This document shows, piece by piece, positions 7,243 to 17,046 of a DNA stretch of 23,331 nucleotides (positions within the stretch are counted from its first letter, which is position 1; each line of letters begins with the position of its first letter). Origin of the DNA: Sulfurimonadaceae bacterium (GTDB taxonomy: Bacteria; Campylobacterota; Campylobacteria; Campylobacterales; Sulfurimonadaceae). The position numbers were made by a program, and so were the translations under genes. The DNA is taken from NCBI GenBank assembly GCA_041548245.1, contig JBFESZ010000026.1, positions 1-23,331 of the forward strand, read 5' to 3'. A model generated the notes under the pieces. It did not search any database. It was not told the DNA's origin and was given only the letters and a program-made list of their open reading frames with translations.

Positions 7243-10221
7243 TTATTTTCTAGCTGAGAGTTGCTCTTCATAATCTAACTCTAGACCTGTAGAAGTCATC
7301 CTGAATCCTCTGACCAATATCTTTCCACTGTGGATATCATTGTGATGGTCCCGACATAAGGGAATAAGATTATGCTTATGGTCTTGATGGAAATGACCGA
7401 TAAAACCTGCCCGATTTGCCATGGACTGATGTGAGATATGGTGCACATCTTCAGCAATGTTTCCACAGATGACACACTTAGTCACATACAGGTCTTTATT
7501 GTACTTGCTTCTTTTTTTCTTCTTGACCAAAAGTTCAAGCTCATCATAGTCATTGGCCAAGCGTTTTCTGATACTGTTTGCTGCGTCAAGAAACTCCTGA
7601 TCCATATGTAAAGACTTGGCGAACTCCAGACCATAAATACTGCTTCCACTTCCACTTTGGAGTGTTCTGTTGTACAGAAGTTTATCCAAGGCTTCATCAT
7701 AAGCAACTTCCAAATGCAGATTAACGACATTCTTAAGTTTTACCACCTCTTCCATTGTCGAAAGCTGATGAAGATGGGTGGCGAACAGAAATACCGAGCG
7801 TAGTTTAGCCAGTTTCATAATCGCTGACGCGACGATAGCGACACCGGAGAGTGTTTCAGTGCCATGCGAGATCTCATCACCCAATACAAGGCTTTTCGTA
7901 CCTGCACGATTAAAGATGTTCTTCATCTCCAACATCTCCACGGCGAAAGTTGAAAGTCCCTTGGCCAGGTTGTCTTTGGAGACGATACGTGTAAAGATGG
8001 ACTCAAAGAGTGAGAATTTCATAGCCGAAGCCGGGACAAAGAAACCGGCCTGTGCCATCAACACAGCAAGCCCTATACTCTTCATCAACGAGGACTTTCC
8101 GCTTGAATTGATCCCGTAGAGTAAAACACCATGTATCTGATGACCGTCATGCACCATAGAGTCCAGCATAATCGTATCGGGATAAGGAAGATCCATGTAC
8201 TCCCTGTTACCCATGACAATATCATTAGGGACATAGATACCCTGATGCTCCTGCACTTCAATCAGCGGATGTCTCAACTCCAGGATCTGTAAAAAATTTT
8301 CATCCTCATCTGTCTTTACTACCATCGGTCTGGCATAATTGTATAGCTCTGCCGTCTTAGCGGTAGAGACAGCCACATCAATATCGGCGACATAATGGAT
8401 CATTCTCTCAAACAGAAGTGTATATCTGCGTTCTAACTGATGCTGTTTCTCCACAAACTTCTCTTTGGCCAGCGCTACGATCTTTGAGCGGTTACGCATG
8501 ATCTTATCGGAAAGTGAATCAATCAAATCTGAGGTAATCTTCACATTGTTCGTCAATTTTTTTACACTGAACTCTTTAAAAGAAAAATATTCGCCTTCAA
8601 TATCGACACCTGTTCCAAAAAACTCTGTTTCAATCATCGCGAAACGGTTTTTGGAAAGGTTGATAAAGTAGCCCTCTTTATCCAGCTGACCCAGACTGAC
8701 CAGACGGTTCTCACCCTTGTTGGTGACATTACTGAGCATCTCTTCGATCGTATCCATGATGATATAGATCGTCTGAAACATCTTGGAGTTCTCATCACTT
8801 AACTCGTCAATATGTGGATCAATACCCCGCATAAAGAAGTTCTCTTCTACTGTCTGTATGGTATATTTACGCGTCACCTCAAGATTATAGGTCTTTTCTA
8901 TCTCTTTGATAAAAGCCGAGACCTCATTTTCAGAAAAAGGCGTTTTTGAAAGTTTGTGCTTTTTGACATAAGCCATAAGCTCCTGAATCCCCAAAAGTGA
9001 ATCATAAATAAAGTTCATCTCAAAAGGGTGAAGTCTTCCCAGGTTGGTTCGGCGGGAAAGACGTTCAAGGTCATAGATATTGCGTAGGCTCTCTTCAAGT
9101 AATTTGGTATGCGACATCACCTTTTCTGCCAAGTTATAACGTCTACTCAGCTCTTCTTCTTCCATAATTGGATTAAGCAGACGCTCTTTAAGCAGACGTT
9201 TTCCAATAGCTGTCACCGACTTATCGATCAAACGCAACAGTGTCATCTCGTCTTTGTCCTTGGATATTACACCAAGCTGTTCAAAAGCAGAGTTTCCAAG
9301 ATACATATAACGGCGATTGTCTATCAATTGCGGCCGTGAAAGTTTTTGAATAATATGATAATCATGTTCAATGACAAAATGTACCAGCACAGCTAAAGAC
9401 TCAGAGATCATCGGTGTACGTTCAAGATCCAAATGCTCTATAGGAGAAAGTAGTGATTGAATCTGATACACCCGTTTGAAAAGTTCATTTTGATATTCGA
9501 TCTTTGGACGATGATTGTTTACACTGTAAGTATAATGTTCATCAATTTCAAGGTAACGCAGGACCTGTTTTTGATCATCTACACCTTCTAAAAAGCTCAG
9601 GACGACCTCTGATGTTTTATAGACATTTAAAAGGTTGAATATCTCATCAAGGGCATAGTTCTGATCTTCGCTTGTACCGTGAGCTTCATACAAAAAGGTC
9701 TTTCCCGTTGTCACGTCTATAGCCGAATAGCCGATGGAGTAGATATCCTTATGCTTGTCCACCAAAAGTGAAACTATGTAGTTATCCTCATTATCAGTCG
9801 TATAGTCAAAATTCGTGCCCGGTGAGATAATCTGTGCGACATAACGGGAGACCTTCGGCGGTTCACCACGTTGTCTGATATAGATGATAGTATATTTTTT
9901 TTCTTGGATAAGACGGTTGAGATAACGCTCAAACGAGATGGTAGGCACCCCTGCTAGTAGCGGATTCTTAACAGAGTTTTCTGCAATGGTCTTGTTTTTC
10001 TTGGTCAGCTGAATATTAAGCAGCTCAGCCATCTCTTTGGCCTTGCCGATTTGGAGCTCATCATTATTGACCTCATAGACCTCAACAAAGGTCCCGATCT
10101 CCATGAAAACAACAGTATTGCTCCCATACTTTTGTTCAAAATGCTCCTGTAATTTAAAATAGACCTCAGTTAAAAGTAACTTCTTATCGTTTAAAAGAGC
10201 ATTGACATCATCAGCAAGCAT
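7243..10221 (-). CDS. mutS: MutS-family ATPase with C-terminal HNH endonuclease domain (MutS7-type)
   Basis: Mismatch-binding GTFVE (F-x-E, 10081-10095), LLAGVP, Walker A GINSSGKS (8092-8115), GLSTFAVEM, Walker [20 protein letters not shown]-terminal [26 protein letters not shown] (7330-7476). Confidence 0.92.
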   Translation of the reverse strand: MLADDVNALLNDKKLLLTEVYFKLQEHFEQKYGSNTVVFMEIGTFVEVYEVNNDELQIGKAKEMAELLNIQLTKKNKTIAENSVKNPLLAGVPTISFERYLNRLIQEKKYTIIYIRQRGEPPKVSRYVAQIISPGTNFDYTTDNEDNYIVSLLVDKHKDIYSIGYSAIDVTTGKTFLYEAHGTSEDQNYALDEIFNLLNVYKTSEVVLSFLEGVDDQKQVLRYLEIDEHYTYSVNNHRPKIEYQNELFKRVYQIQSLLSPIEHLDLERTPMISESLAVLVHFVIEHDYHIIQKLSRPQLIDNRRYMYLGNSAFEQLGVISKDKDEMTLLRLIDKSVTAIGKRLLKERLLNPIMEEEELSRRYNLAEKVMSHTKLLEESLRNIYDLERLSRRTNLGRLHPFEMNFIYDSLLGIQELMAYVKKHKLSKTPFSENEVSAFIKEIEKTYNLEVTRKYTIQTVEENFFMRGIDPHIDELSDENSKMFQTIYIIMDTIEEMLSNVTNKGENRLVSLGQLDKEGYFINLSKNRFAMIETEFFGTGVDIEGEYFSFKEFSVKKLTNNVKITSDLIDSLSDKIMRNRSKIVALAKEKFVEKQHQLERRYTLLFERMIHYVADIDVAVSTAKTAELYNYARPMVVKTDEDENFLQILELRHPLIEVQEHQGIYVPNDIVMGNREYMDLPYPDTIMLDSMVHDGHQIHGVLLYGINSSGKSSLMKSIGLAVLMAQAGFFVPASAMKFSLFESIFTRIVSKDNLAKGLSTFAVEMLEMKNIFNRAGTKSLVLGDEISHGTETLSGVAIVASAIMKLAKLRSVFLFATHLHQLSTMEEVVKLKNVVNLHLEVAYDEALDKLLYNRTLQSGSGSSIYGLEFAKSLHMDQEFLDAANSIRKRLANDYDELELLVKKKKRSKYNKDLYVTKCVICGNIAEDVHHISHQSMANRAGFIGHFHQDHKHNLIPLCRDHHNDIHSGKILVRGFRMTSTGLELDYEEQLSARK

Positions 10222-10261
10222 AGACCACCATTGTAAAACATTTTCTATTAGTAATGCGCGT

Positions 10262-10270
10262 ATTATACCA
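10262..10270 (-). promoter_or_regulatory. Extended -10 promoter of mutS7
   Basis: Perfect TGGTATAAT 40 nt upstream of the ATG, with AT-rich tracts further upstream. Confidence 0.65.
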
Positions 10271-10333
10271 CTCTAGCTAAAAAGCTTCTTTAAACCCAAT
10301 TGTCTAACTTATATTTTTTTTATATTTCTTGGA

Positions 10334-10339
10334 TAGAAT
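10334..10339 (+). promoter_or_regulatory. Possible -10 box of the PAS gene
   Basis: TAGAAT followed by an A-rich leader and AAGGA SD before ATG 10378. Confidence 0.45.
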
Positions 10340-10377
10340 ATGAGATAAATAATATAAAAAAAGTTTAAGGAAAATCC

Positions 10378-10788
10378 ATGACACGACCTGTACCTATTGA
10401 CCAAGAAGTCTTATTTGATGGAAGAAGCCTTATATCTGAAACAGATACAAAAGGCATTATCACCTTCGTCAATAGAAAGTTCATTGAGATGACTGGCTAC
10501 AGCAAAGAAGAAGCTGTCGGACAACCGCATAATCTCTTGCGTCATCCGGATATGCCAAAGGCCGCATTTGAAGAGATGTGGAGTACGATCAAAAGCGGTA
10601 CCACCTGGGAAGGATACGTAAAGAACCTTCGAAAAGATGGAAAGTATTACTGGGTTATTGTCAATATCATCCCAAAACTTGATGAAAATGGTGAGATCAT
10701 TGGTTACATCGCTTCACGAAAAGTCCCTAATCGCAACCAACTGGAAAAAGTGAAACAGACCTATAAGAAGATGCTTGAAGCAGAGTGA
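10378..10788 (+). CDS. Stand-alone PAS-domain protein (Aer/CetB-like, probable FAD binding)
   Basis: ISETDTKGIITFVN..F..MTGYSKEE.VGQPHNLLRHPDMP..AF..MW, W.GYVKNLRKDGKYYWV: Aer-type PAS signature. Strong SD. Confidence 0.92.
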   Translation: MTRPVPIDQEVLFDGRSLISETDTKGIITFVNRKFIEMTGYSKEEAVGQPHNLLRHPDMPKAAFEEMWSTIKSGTTWEGYVKNLRKDGKYYWVIVNIIPKLDENGEIIGYIASRKVPNRNQLEKVKQTYKKMLEAE

Positions 10789-10825
10789 AGCCAGATAGAG
10801 GCTCCACCCATTTTACTTGCATTGT

Positions 10826-12004
10826 CTATACAATCATATGTCCAACAAACTTACTCATGTTGTCCAAGATCTTTCCGCCTCGCCTAAACCCCAGACCACA
10901 AGCCTCATAAGCGAAGAAAACACCTGCCTGATAATGGTTTCCAGCCGCGTCTTGAGGAAATTCGACAGCCGCTTGATAGACTGATTTGTAATGTGCATAC
11001 TCACCATCTGTCTGTGCTGCGATAGAGCCATCGGCATTAACAAATTTCGTATTCGCACCTTCACGACCGAAAACCTTCTTCTCTACATAGGCTTTAGCTT
11101 TAAGAGGCTCATATGCAGTCTCCAGAAGATAAGGTGAATCCGGGAAGAGGTCATACAATATCTTCAACATCCCCTTGGACTGGAATAGAAGGGTATAGGC
11201 CGGATTAAGTATGATGGCTGATTGCGATTGTAAGATGTTTTGTAGTGTCAATGCCAGCTCACCTTCTTCAATCGCAATATCTTCCCATGGAAAGAGCTTA
11301 AACCAATATTCATACTCCTGATTCTCTTTATCACATATACTCTCATTGTCAAAAAGCACTTCATGTAAAAAGGTAAAACCTGTTAGAAATCCGGCGTCTT
11401 CAGCCATACGCTTGAGAAGTCTAGTCGTAACTTCTTCTTCATCATTGCCTTCTATAGACGAGAACAGGATACGCCAACCCTCGTACAGTTCTTCAAATCT
11501 TGACGTGTCATCAAAGAGTGTAATTAGACGTTTAAAGTTTTCAGATATAGACTCATAGACTGTATTGAACTGCTTCGCCTCGTCCAGTCCATTGGCTTTC
11601 AACATAGCCCACTGGACAATAGCCGTTTCGAAGAGTCCTGTCGGCGTGTCAGCATTGAATTCTATGAGTTTGATCGGTTTTCCATCAATCCCTCCGGCAA
11701 GATCAAAACGCCCATAAAGGTGCCAATGTACATCATTTTCCCATGATTTTTTAATTGTTTCAACAAGGTTAAATGGAATCCCCAGTTCAAAAAAGAGATC
11801 ATGCTGTATGACATATTCAGCCGCTTCGACATACATGTCATAGAGTTCATTGACCGCAGTATAATAGGCCTCCGCTTCATCTGTATTGATCTGAACAAGC
11901 TCATCAGCGACATATTGCGTTCCATCTGTATCCGTATGCCAGGAGAAGCCTATTTCATCCAAGGTACTGTTATCAATGGGTTTAACTTTTAATGGCGTTA
12001 TCAT
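10826..12004 (-). CDS. Glutathionylspermidine synthase family ATP-grasp protein (YgiC/YjfC-like, synthetase domain only)
   Basis: LYGRFDL, KLIEFNADTPT, FKLFPWE, QSKGML, GREGANT, GLGFR motifs; no N-terminal CHAP amidase. Start placed at ATG 12004, overlapping the upstream stop (ATGA). Confidence 0.92.
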   Translation of the reverse strand: MITPLKVKPIDNSTLDEIGFSWHTDTDGTQYVADELVQINTDEAEAYYTAVNELYDMYVEAAEYVIQHDLFFELGIPFNLVETIKKSWENDVHWHLYGRFDLAGGIDGKPIKLIEFNADTPTGLFETAIVQWAMLKANGLDEAKQFNTVYESISENFKRLITLFDDTSRFEELYEGWRILFSSIEGNDEEEVTTRLLKRMAEDAGFLTGFTFLHEVLFDNESICDKENQEYEYWFKLFPWEDIAIEEGELALTLQNILQSQSAIILNPAYTLLFQSKGMLKILYDLFPDSPYLLETAYEPLKAKAYVEKKVFGREGANTKFVNADGSIAAQTDGEYAHYKSVYQAAVEFPQDAAGNHYQAGVFFAYEACGLGFRRGGKILDNMSKFVGHMIV

Positions 12005-12573
12005 CCACCCCATCCTGAAGTTTTACTACCGATGCTTGATGTTGTTCCACTTGATGTGGATTTTTTAGAGAAAAAGCTTTTTTTCGAACTGCCAGCCGCT
12101 GAACGCTTTTGTGCATGATACGCCGATTTATTAACACTGTTGGCATTTTGAGAAAAGTTCTTATTCCCCATCAGCTGATTAGCGATCATATTTCCCATAA
12201 GAGAACCTGCCGCGACGGCCAAAATCGTACCTGCCAATCCCATCCCTTCTGAACCATGGGCTTGAGTCGTTTCAGATGTTCCTTCTTGGACCTTTTTATA
12301 CTCTTGTTCAGCTAAGGCACGCATTTCATCTTCACTCATCAATCTTTCAATGGTATTACCATTCTCGTCTTTCTCACGGATGATGGCACGAGATGGTCCA
12401 TCTGTCGGTACCTCCTCGATAACATTATATTTTCCCATTGCATTTTGTTCAATAATTAAAAAACGGTTCTTAGGCTCCTGCTGTTCCTGTACACATCCGC
12501 TTAATGCACTCATGACTACGACACTCATACTGCCAAGGCCTATCGCCGAAACAGTTGTTTTAAATTTGCTCAC
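12001..12573 (-). CDS. UPF0323-family lipoprotein (Cj0371/HP0232-like)
   Basis: Probable GTG start at 12573 with AAGGA SD; lipobox ALSG-C; Gly-rich hydrophobic segment GMGLAGTILAVAAGSLMGNMIA; Ser/Lys-rich tail ending GWGG; directly upstream of the Gsp-synthase-like gene as in Campylobacter/Helicobacter. Confidence 0.85.
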   Translation of the reverse strand: MSKFKTTVSAIGLGSMSVVVMSALSGCVQEQQEPKNRFLIIEQNAMGKYNVIEEVPTDGPSRAIIREKDENGNTIERLMSEDEMRALAEQEYKKVQEGTSETTQAHGSEGMGLAGTILAVAAGSLMGNMIANQLMGNKNFSQNANSVNKSAYHAQKRSAAGSSKKSFFSKKSTSSGTTSSIGSKTSGWGG

Positions 12574-13012
12574 TGATCTTTTCCTTCTCAAATGTAATTA
12601 TTTTTTCTAGTTCATCATCATAAAACCAAACCGTATCTCTACCTGTATATATGATCGTACCAATGTAGATATGCGCTCCGGATCTTATAACCTTCTCTTT
12701 CTCAGCCAAAAGCATACTGCCGACTTCTTTTCCAATCGACGGTATCTGTGTCAGATTGACGATAATCAAACAGAGGGTAAAAATAATTGCTGCTATCTTT
12801 GTGTCTTTGAAAAACACGAACAGATAGCCAAAACATATGACACCTAAAGAGTAGAGTATATAACTTTGGTGATCTGCAAACAGCACATTATAATAGACAT
12901 CTATATTCTGGGCCTTTATATAGTTTAAAAAAATTCCCAGTATAAAAAAGAAATCCAGGAAAAAAGTAAAGAACATCCCTGCCAACAATGCAGAACCAAG
13001 TTTATAACCCAT
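12560..13012 (-). CDS. Hypothetical membrane protein (about 3 TM segments plus a soluble C-terminal part)
   Basis: Three hydrophobic stretches; overlaps both neighbours (TAATG coupling at 13012). Confidence 0.8.
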   Translation of the reverse strand: MGYKLGSALLAGMFFTFFLDFFFILGIFLNYIKAQNIDVYYNVLFADHQSYILYSLGVICFGYLFVFFKDTKIAAIIFTLCLIIVNLTQIPSIGKEVGSMLLAEKEKVIRSGAHIYIGTIIYTGRDTVWFYDDELEKIITFEKEKISEQI

Positions 13013-13476
13013 TATCTCAACCTTTTAATTTTTGAGTGACAAAGACGATAAATTGTAGAAGCCTGCCCTTCATAAAGTCCCTTGCCATCTTCAACGATTA
13101 TATCACTGTTTGCAAAAGCGAATCTTTGATCATATGCTAAAGAGCGTTCGTTCGCAGAAGTTGAGTAGAACCACTTATAAGGCTTGACAAACTTGGCATG
13201 ACGTGGCTCTTTCACAACTCTTACAGCTTGATTGTTAGGATAAACAAATGTCGTCTTTTTAGAACGTCTTACCCTCGTTGCATGTGCCTTTGGGATACGT
13301 GATATGGTTTTGAGAACTTTGAATGAAGCCGCCACGCGGACAAAAGGCTTGTCGACGGGACGTTCTTTGAGGTGGGCGAGACGCACACCGTCTTGAGACA
13401 GGAAACCGACTGTTGTATCGGTCTGAACAAGCCAAAGCTTATTCTGCAAGATAGTCTTGTAAAGGAACTGGCTCAT
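13012..13476 (-). CDS. Short Sua5/YciO/YrdC/YwlC (TsaC-like) family protein
   Basis: QTDTTVGF (degenerate PTDTVYG), K.RP.DKP, AVRV, STSAN and ASTI motifs; only 154 aa. Confidence 0.8.
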   Translation of the reverse strand: MSQFLYKTILQNKLWLVQTDTTVGFLSQDGVRLAHLKERPVDKPFVRVAASFKVLKTISRIPKAHATRVRRSKKTTFVYPNNQAVRVVKEPRHAKFVKPYKWFYSTSANERSLAYDQRFAFANSDIIVEDGKGLYEGQASTIYRLCHSKIKRLR

Positions 13477-16400
13477 TCCAATTCTCGTTCTTCATCTGAC
13501 CAAGTGCATCAATAGCAGCGCGTGCAGCAGAAAGTGTCGTAAAGTATGGGATACTCATTCGTAAAACGATCTGACGTATCTTGACCGCATCGTCTTTGGC
13601 CGTTTTGTTATCAGATGTATTGATCGCCATCGTGATATCACCATTTTTCATCACATCTTCGATGTTTGGACGCCCTTCAGAGATTTTAAGTACTGTCTCA
13701 CATTGTATACCTGCAGCATTAATGACTTCAGCAGTCCCCTTGGTAGCTACTAGTCTGATACCATGTTCACTCAGACCTTTGGCTATCTCTGGTGCATGTT
13801 TTTTATCCATGTCAATGAAAGAAAGGAAACATGTTCCCTCTGTCGGGATGATATTACCTGCAGCCATCTGTGATTTTGCGAATGAGATTCCAAAGTTTTT
13901 CGAAACACCCATAACCTCACCTGTGGATTTCATCTCCGGACTCAATACAAGGTCGGCTCCATAAAGTTTGTTGAATGGGAATACAGCCTCTTTAAGAGCG
14001 ATATGGTTTTTCAGACGCGGTTTAAGCAGACCGTTCTCTTCCATGACGATATTATAGTTGTCATAAAACTCAAGAGCGTTACGTAAGGAATCACCCATCA
14101 TCACACGGGTTGCAACTTTTGCAAGCGGCATACCTGTCGCTTTGGAGACAAATGGAACAGTACGTGATGCCCGCGGATTCACTTCAATCAGATAGACCTC
14201 ATTTTGATAGATAGCATACTGGATGTTTAACAGACCTCTAACGCCCAGACCCAATGCGATCGTCTTCGTCTGTTCTTCAACCTGTACCTTCAACTCGTCT
14301 GACAAATTAACAGGTGGCAAGGAACATGCCGAGTCACCGGAGTGTATACCCGCCTCTTCGATATGCTGCATAACAGAGCCGATGTATACGTCTTCTCCGT
14401 CACAAATCGCATCAACATCAAGTTCAACAGCCTGATCCAAGAATTTGTCGACAAGGACAGGTGCATCATTGGAGACCGAGACCGCTTCATCCATATAGGT
14501 TCTAAGTTCATCAGAGTTATAAACGATGCGCATCGCACGCCCGCCAAGGACAAATGAAGGACGGACCAGCACAGGGTACGTCAATCTTTCAGCAATAGAG
14601 ACGGCTTGTTCTTTTGTCGTTGCTAGACCGTTAGAAGGCTGTTTAAGTCCATGCGAATTAACAAAATCAGAGAACTTTTCTCTGTCTTCGGCCAGGTCAA
14701 TAACCTTAGCCGGTGTTCCAGAGATCTTGGCACCGATAGCCGTTAAAGGATTCGCCAGTTTGAGCGGGGTCTGTCCGCCAAAATGTACGATGATGCCATC
14801 TGGTTGTTCATGTTCAATGACTTCACGTACATGTTCGAAATCGATCGGTTCAAAGTAAAGGACATCCGAAGTGTCATAGTCGGTAGAGACCGTCTCAGGG
14901 TTACAGTTATACATAATCGTCTCAATACCCATCTCTTGAAGAGCAAAGGCTGCATGGACACAACAGTAATCAAACTCGATACCCTGACCGATACGGTTAG
15001 GCCCGCCACCAAGGATCATAACTTTCTTTTTGGTCTCGTCCACACGGTTAGTGACACTTGGAAGTTTTGTGATATTGGTTGTCGAGTATAGATATGGTGT
15101 CAAGGCTTCAAATTCGGCGGCACAGGTATCGACTTCATTATATTCCAGATGAATACCCAAACGTTTACGTGCATTGTAGACGTCGTTCTCACTTTGGTCT
15201 GTATTCGAATTTCTATTAATCTGTTTTGCTATCATCTTATCAGAGAAGCCGTCTGTTTTTGCTTTTCTAAAACGTTCTGCATCATTCAAGATATCGATAT
15301 CAAGCGTTTTCTCCATAGCAACGATCTCTTCAAGCTGGTAAAGGAACCAAGGGTCAATTTTACAAAGTTCGAAGATCTCTTCATGCGTCAAGCCACGGCG
15401 GAAACCTTCGGCAACATACAACATACGTTTTGCATTCGGACGTCGGATCTCATGCTTAATGAACTCGATATCCCCTTCCATACACTCAAAACCGCTATAC
15501 CCTTCTTCCAAAGAGCATAGAGCCTTTTGAAAAGATTCTTTAAAAGTACGACCGATTGCCATCGCTTCACCGACAGATTTCATGCCTGTAGAGAGGGTCG
15601 AGTCTGCTTCCGGGAACTTCTCGAATGTAAAACGAGGAACCTTTGTCACGACATAATCGATGACCGGCTCAAACGAAGCAGGCGTTCCCGTAATATCATT
15701 TTTCAGCTCATCCAATGTATAACCTACAGCCAACAGCGTCGCGATCTTTGCGATAGGGTAACCTGTCGCCTTGGATGCCAATGCAGATGAACGAGAAACA
15801 CGAGGGTTCATCTCGATAACGATCATACGTCCTGTTTTTGGATCAACCGAGAACTGGACATTTGATCCACCCGTATCGACACCAATCTCACGCAAGATAT
15901 CAAATGAGGCGTCACGCATACGCTGATACTCTTTGTCTGTCAGTGTCAATGCCGGAGCAACAGTAATCGAGTCACCCGTATGAACACCCATAGGATCAAA
16001 GTTTTCGATTGAACAGATGATGATACAGTTATCCGCCTTATCACGGATAACCTCCATCTCATACTCCTTCCAGCCTAAAAGTGACTCTTCTACAAGAATT
16101 TCACTGATCGGACTTTCATCCAGACCGCGCTGTGCAAGTACCTTATATTCATCAATATTGTAAGCCACACCTGAACCACCACCGGCAAGTGTGAATGAAG
16201 CACGAATGATGATAGGAAAGCCTATCTCCTCAGCTGCTGCAAGGGCTTCATCCATATTGTAAGCATAACGTGAATGAGGTAGGTCCATACCGATCTTGAT
16301 CATAGCCTCTTTAAAGGCCTGGCGATCTTCACCCTTTCTTATTGCTTCAGGATTTGCCCCTAGAAATTCGATGCCTTCAAGCATCCCTCTCTCATACATC

Positions 16401-16702
16401 TTCATCGCTGTGTTCAGTGCTGTTTGTCCACCCATTGTCGGTAAGATTGCATCAACATTCTCTTTTTTGATGATCTCAGCAATAATCTCAGGTGTAATAG
16501 GTTCAATATATGTTCTGTCTGCAAATTCTGGGTCGGTCATAATCGTTGCAGGGTTAGAGTTAATAAGTACAACACGATATCCAAGCTCTTTAAGCGTTTT
16601 GACTGCTTGTGTTCCTGAGTAGTCAAACTCACAGGCTTGTCCAATAACAATCGGACCTGAACCGATCAGTAAAATGGTTTTTATATCGTCTCTTTTTGGC
16701 AT
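13439..16702 (-). CDS. carB: Carbamoyl-phosphate synthase large subunit
   Basis: [33 protein letters not shown], duplicated ATP-grasp halves ([11 protein letters not shown] and [10 protein letters not shown]), C-terminal MGS domain; 1087 aa. Confidence 0.99.
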   Translation of the reverse strand: MPKRDDIKTILLIGSGPIVIGQACEFDYSGTQAVKTLKELGYRVVLINSNPATIMTDPEFADRTYIEPITPEIIAEIIKKENVDAILPTMGGQTALNTAMKMYERGMLEGIEFLGANPEAIRKGEDRQAFKEAMIKIGMDLPHSRYAYNMDEALAAAEEIGFPIIIRASFTLAGGGSGVAYNIDEYKVLAQRGLDESPISEILVEESLLGWKEYEMEVIRDKADNCIIICSIENFDPMGVHTGDSITVAPALTLTDKEYQRMRDASFDILREIGVDTGGSNVQFSVDPKTGRMIVIEMNPRVSRSSALASKATGYPIAKIATLLAVGYTLDELKNDITGTPASFEPVIDYVVTKVPRFTFEKFPEADSTLSTGMKSVGEAMAIGRTFKESFQKALCSLEEGYSGFECMEGDIEFIKHEIRRPNAKRMLYVAEGFRRGLTHEEIFELCKIDPWFLYQLEEIVAMEKTLDIDILNDAERFRKAKTDGFSDKMIAKQINRNSNTDQSENDVYNARKRLGIHLEYNEVDTCAAEFEALTPYLYSTTNITKLPSVTNRVDETKKKVMILGGGPNRIGQGIEFDYCCVHAAFALQEMGIETIMYNCNPETVSTDYDTSDVLYFEPIDFEHVREVIEHEQPDGIIVHFGGQTPLKLANPLTAIGAKISGTPAKVIDLAEDREKFSDFVNSHGLKQPSNGLATTKEQAVSIAERLTYPVLVRPSFVLGGRAMRIVYNSDELRTYMDEAVSVSNDAPVLVDKFLDQAVELDVDAICDGEDVYIGSVMQHIEEAGIHSGDSACSLPPVNLSDELKVQVEEQTKTIALGLGVRGLLNIQYAIYQNEVYLIEVNPRASRTVPFVSKATGMPLAKVATRVMMGDSLRNALEFYDNYNIVMEENGLLKPRLKNHIALKEAVFPFNKLYGADLVLSPEMKSTGEVMGVSKNFGISFAKSQMAAGNIIPTEGTCFLSFIDMDKKHAPEIAKGLSEHGIRLVATKGTAEVINAAGIQCETVLKISEGRPNIEDVMKNGDITMAINTSDNKTAKDDAVKIRQIVLRMSIPYFTTLSAARAAIDALGQMKNENWNEPVPLQDYLAE

Positions 16703-16751
16703 TATGACCCTTTTATACGTGTAGATTATATGTTAGATAAAAAATTTGTAG

Positions 16752-16774
16752 ATTATATCCATTAAGCACTTAAA
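16752..16774 (-). promoter_or_regulatory. Sigma70-type promoter of carB
   Basis: TATAAT at 16752-16757 and TTTAAGT at 16768-16774 (minus), about 50 nt upstream of the ATG. Confidence 0.55.
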
Positions 16775-16860
16775 AATGGATGAGTTTTAGTGTGAAAACA
16801 AGCTTTTGCAACGTTTAAAATCAAAGTGCCTTCTAGAAGGGTGAGGTATGTGTTACCGTA

Positions 16861-16900
16861 AGATCAAAAAAGGGAAGGCCTTGTCTCTTTTTTTTGATCT
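16861..16900. terminator. Inverted repeat at the end of the fabZ-mreC operon (possible bidirectional terminator)
   Basis: AGATCAAAAAA (16861-16871) is the exact reverse complement of TTTTTTGATCT (16890-16900); it overlaps the last codons of the small ORF. Confidence 0.45.
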
Positions 16901-17046
16901 CTTTTCTCTTTTTTGTGTATTGTCTGCATATTTTTACCCGTCGCTTTGAGTGTGAGGATCTCTGCTTTTAAAGCGATATTCTCTTGTTGAATATCTTTGA
17001 TCTTTTCTAAAAGAACGTTCAGCTTTTCTTGCGACTCTAAAGACAT
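16864..17046 (-). CDS. Small hypothetical coiled-coil protein
   Basis: ATG overlaps the mreC stop (TGATG); heptad-like L/I pattern in the first 35 aa; 60 aa. Confidence 0.6.
   Translation of the reverse strand: MSLESQEKLNVLLEKIKDIQQENIALKAEILTLKATGKNMQTIHKKEKRDQKKETRPSLF

Noticed and set aside
7330-7476. HNH domain as a homing endonuclease, intein or mobile insertion
   Set aside because: It is an in-frame terminal domain with no intein splice motifs or flanking repeats, matching the known MutS7 architecture.
7511-7524. A/T homopolymer runs (KKKKR in mutS, T8 at 16888-16895) as phase-variation tracts
   Set aside because: Short A/T runs are common here, the frames are intact, and there are no long poly-G/C tracts.
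13581-16622. Many 60-127-aa ORFs within or antisense to carB (likewise inside obgE, mutS, mreB, clpX, lpxA and the DUF1538 gene)
   Set aside because: Entirely overlap well-supported conserved genes and show the composition of reverse or alternative frames.
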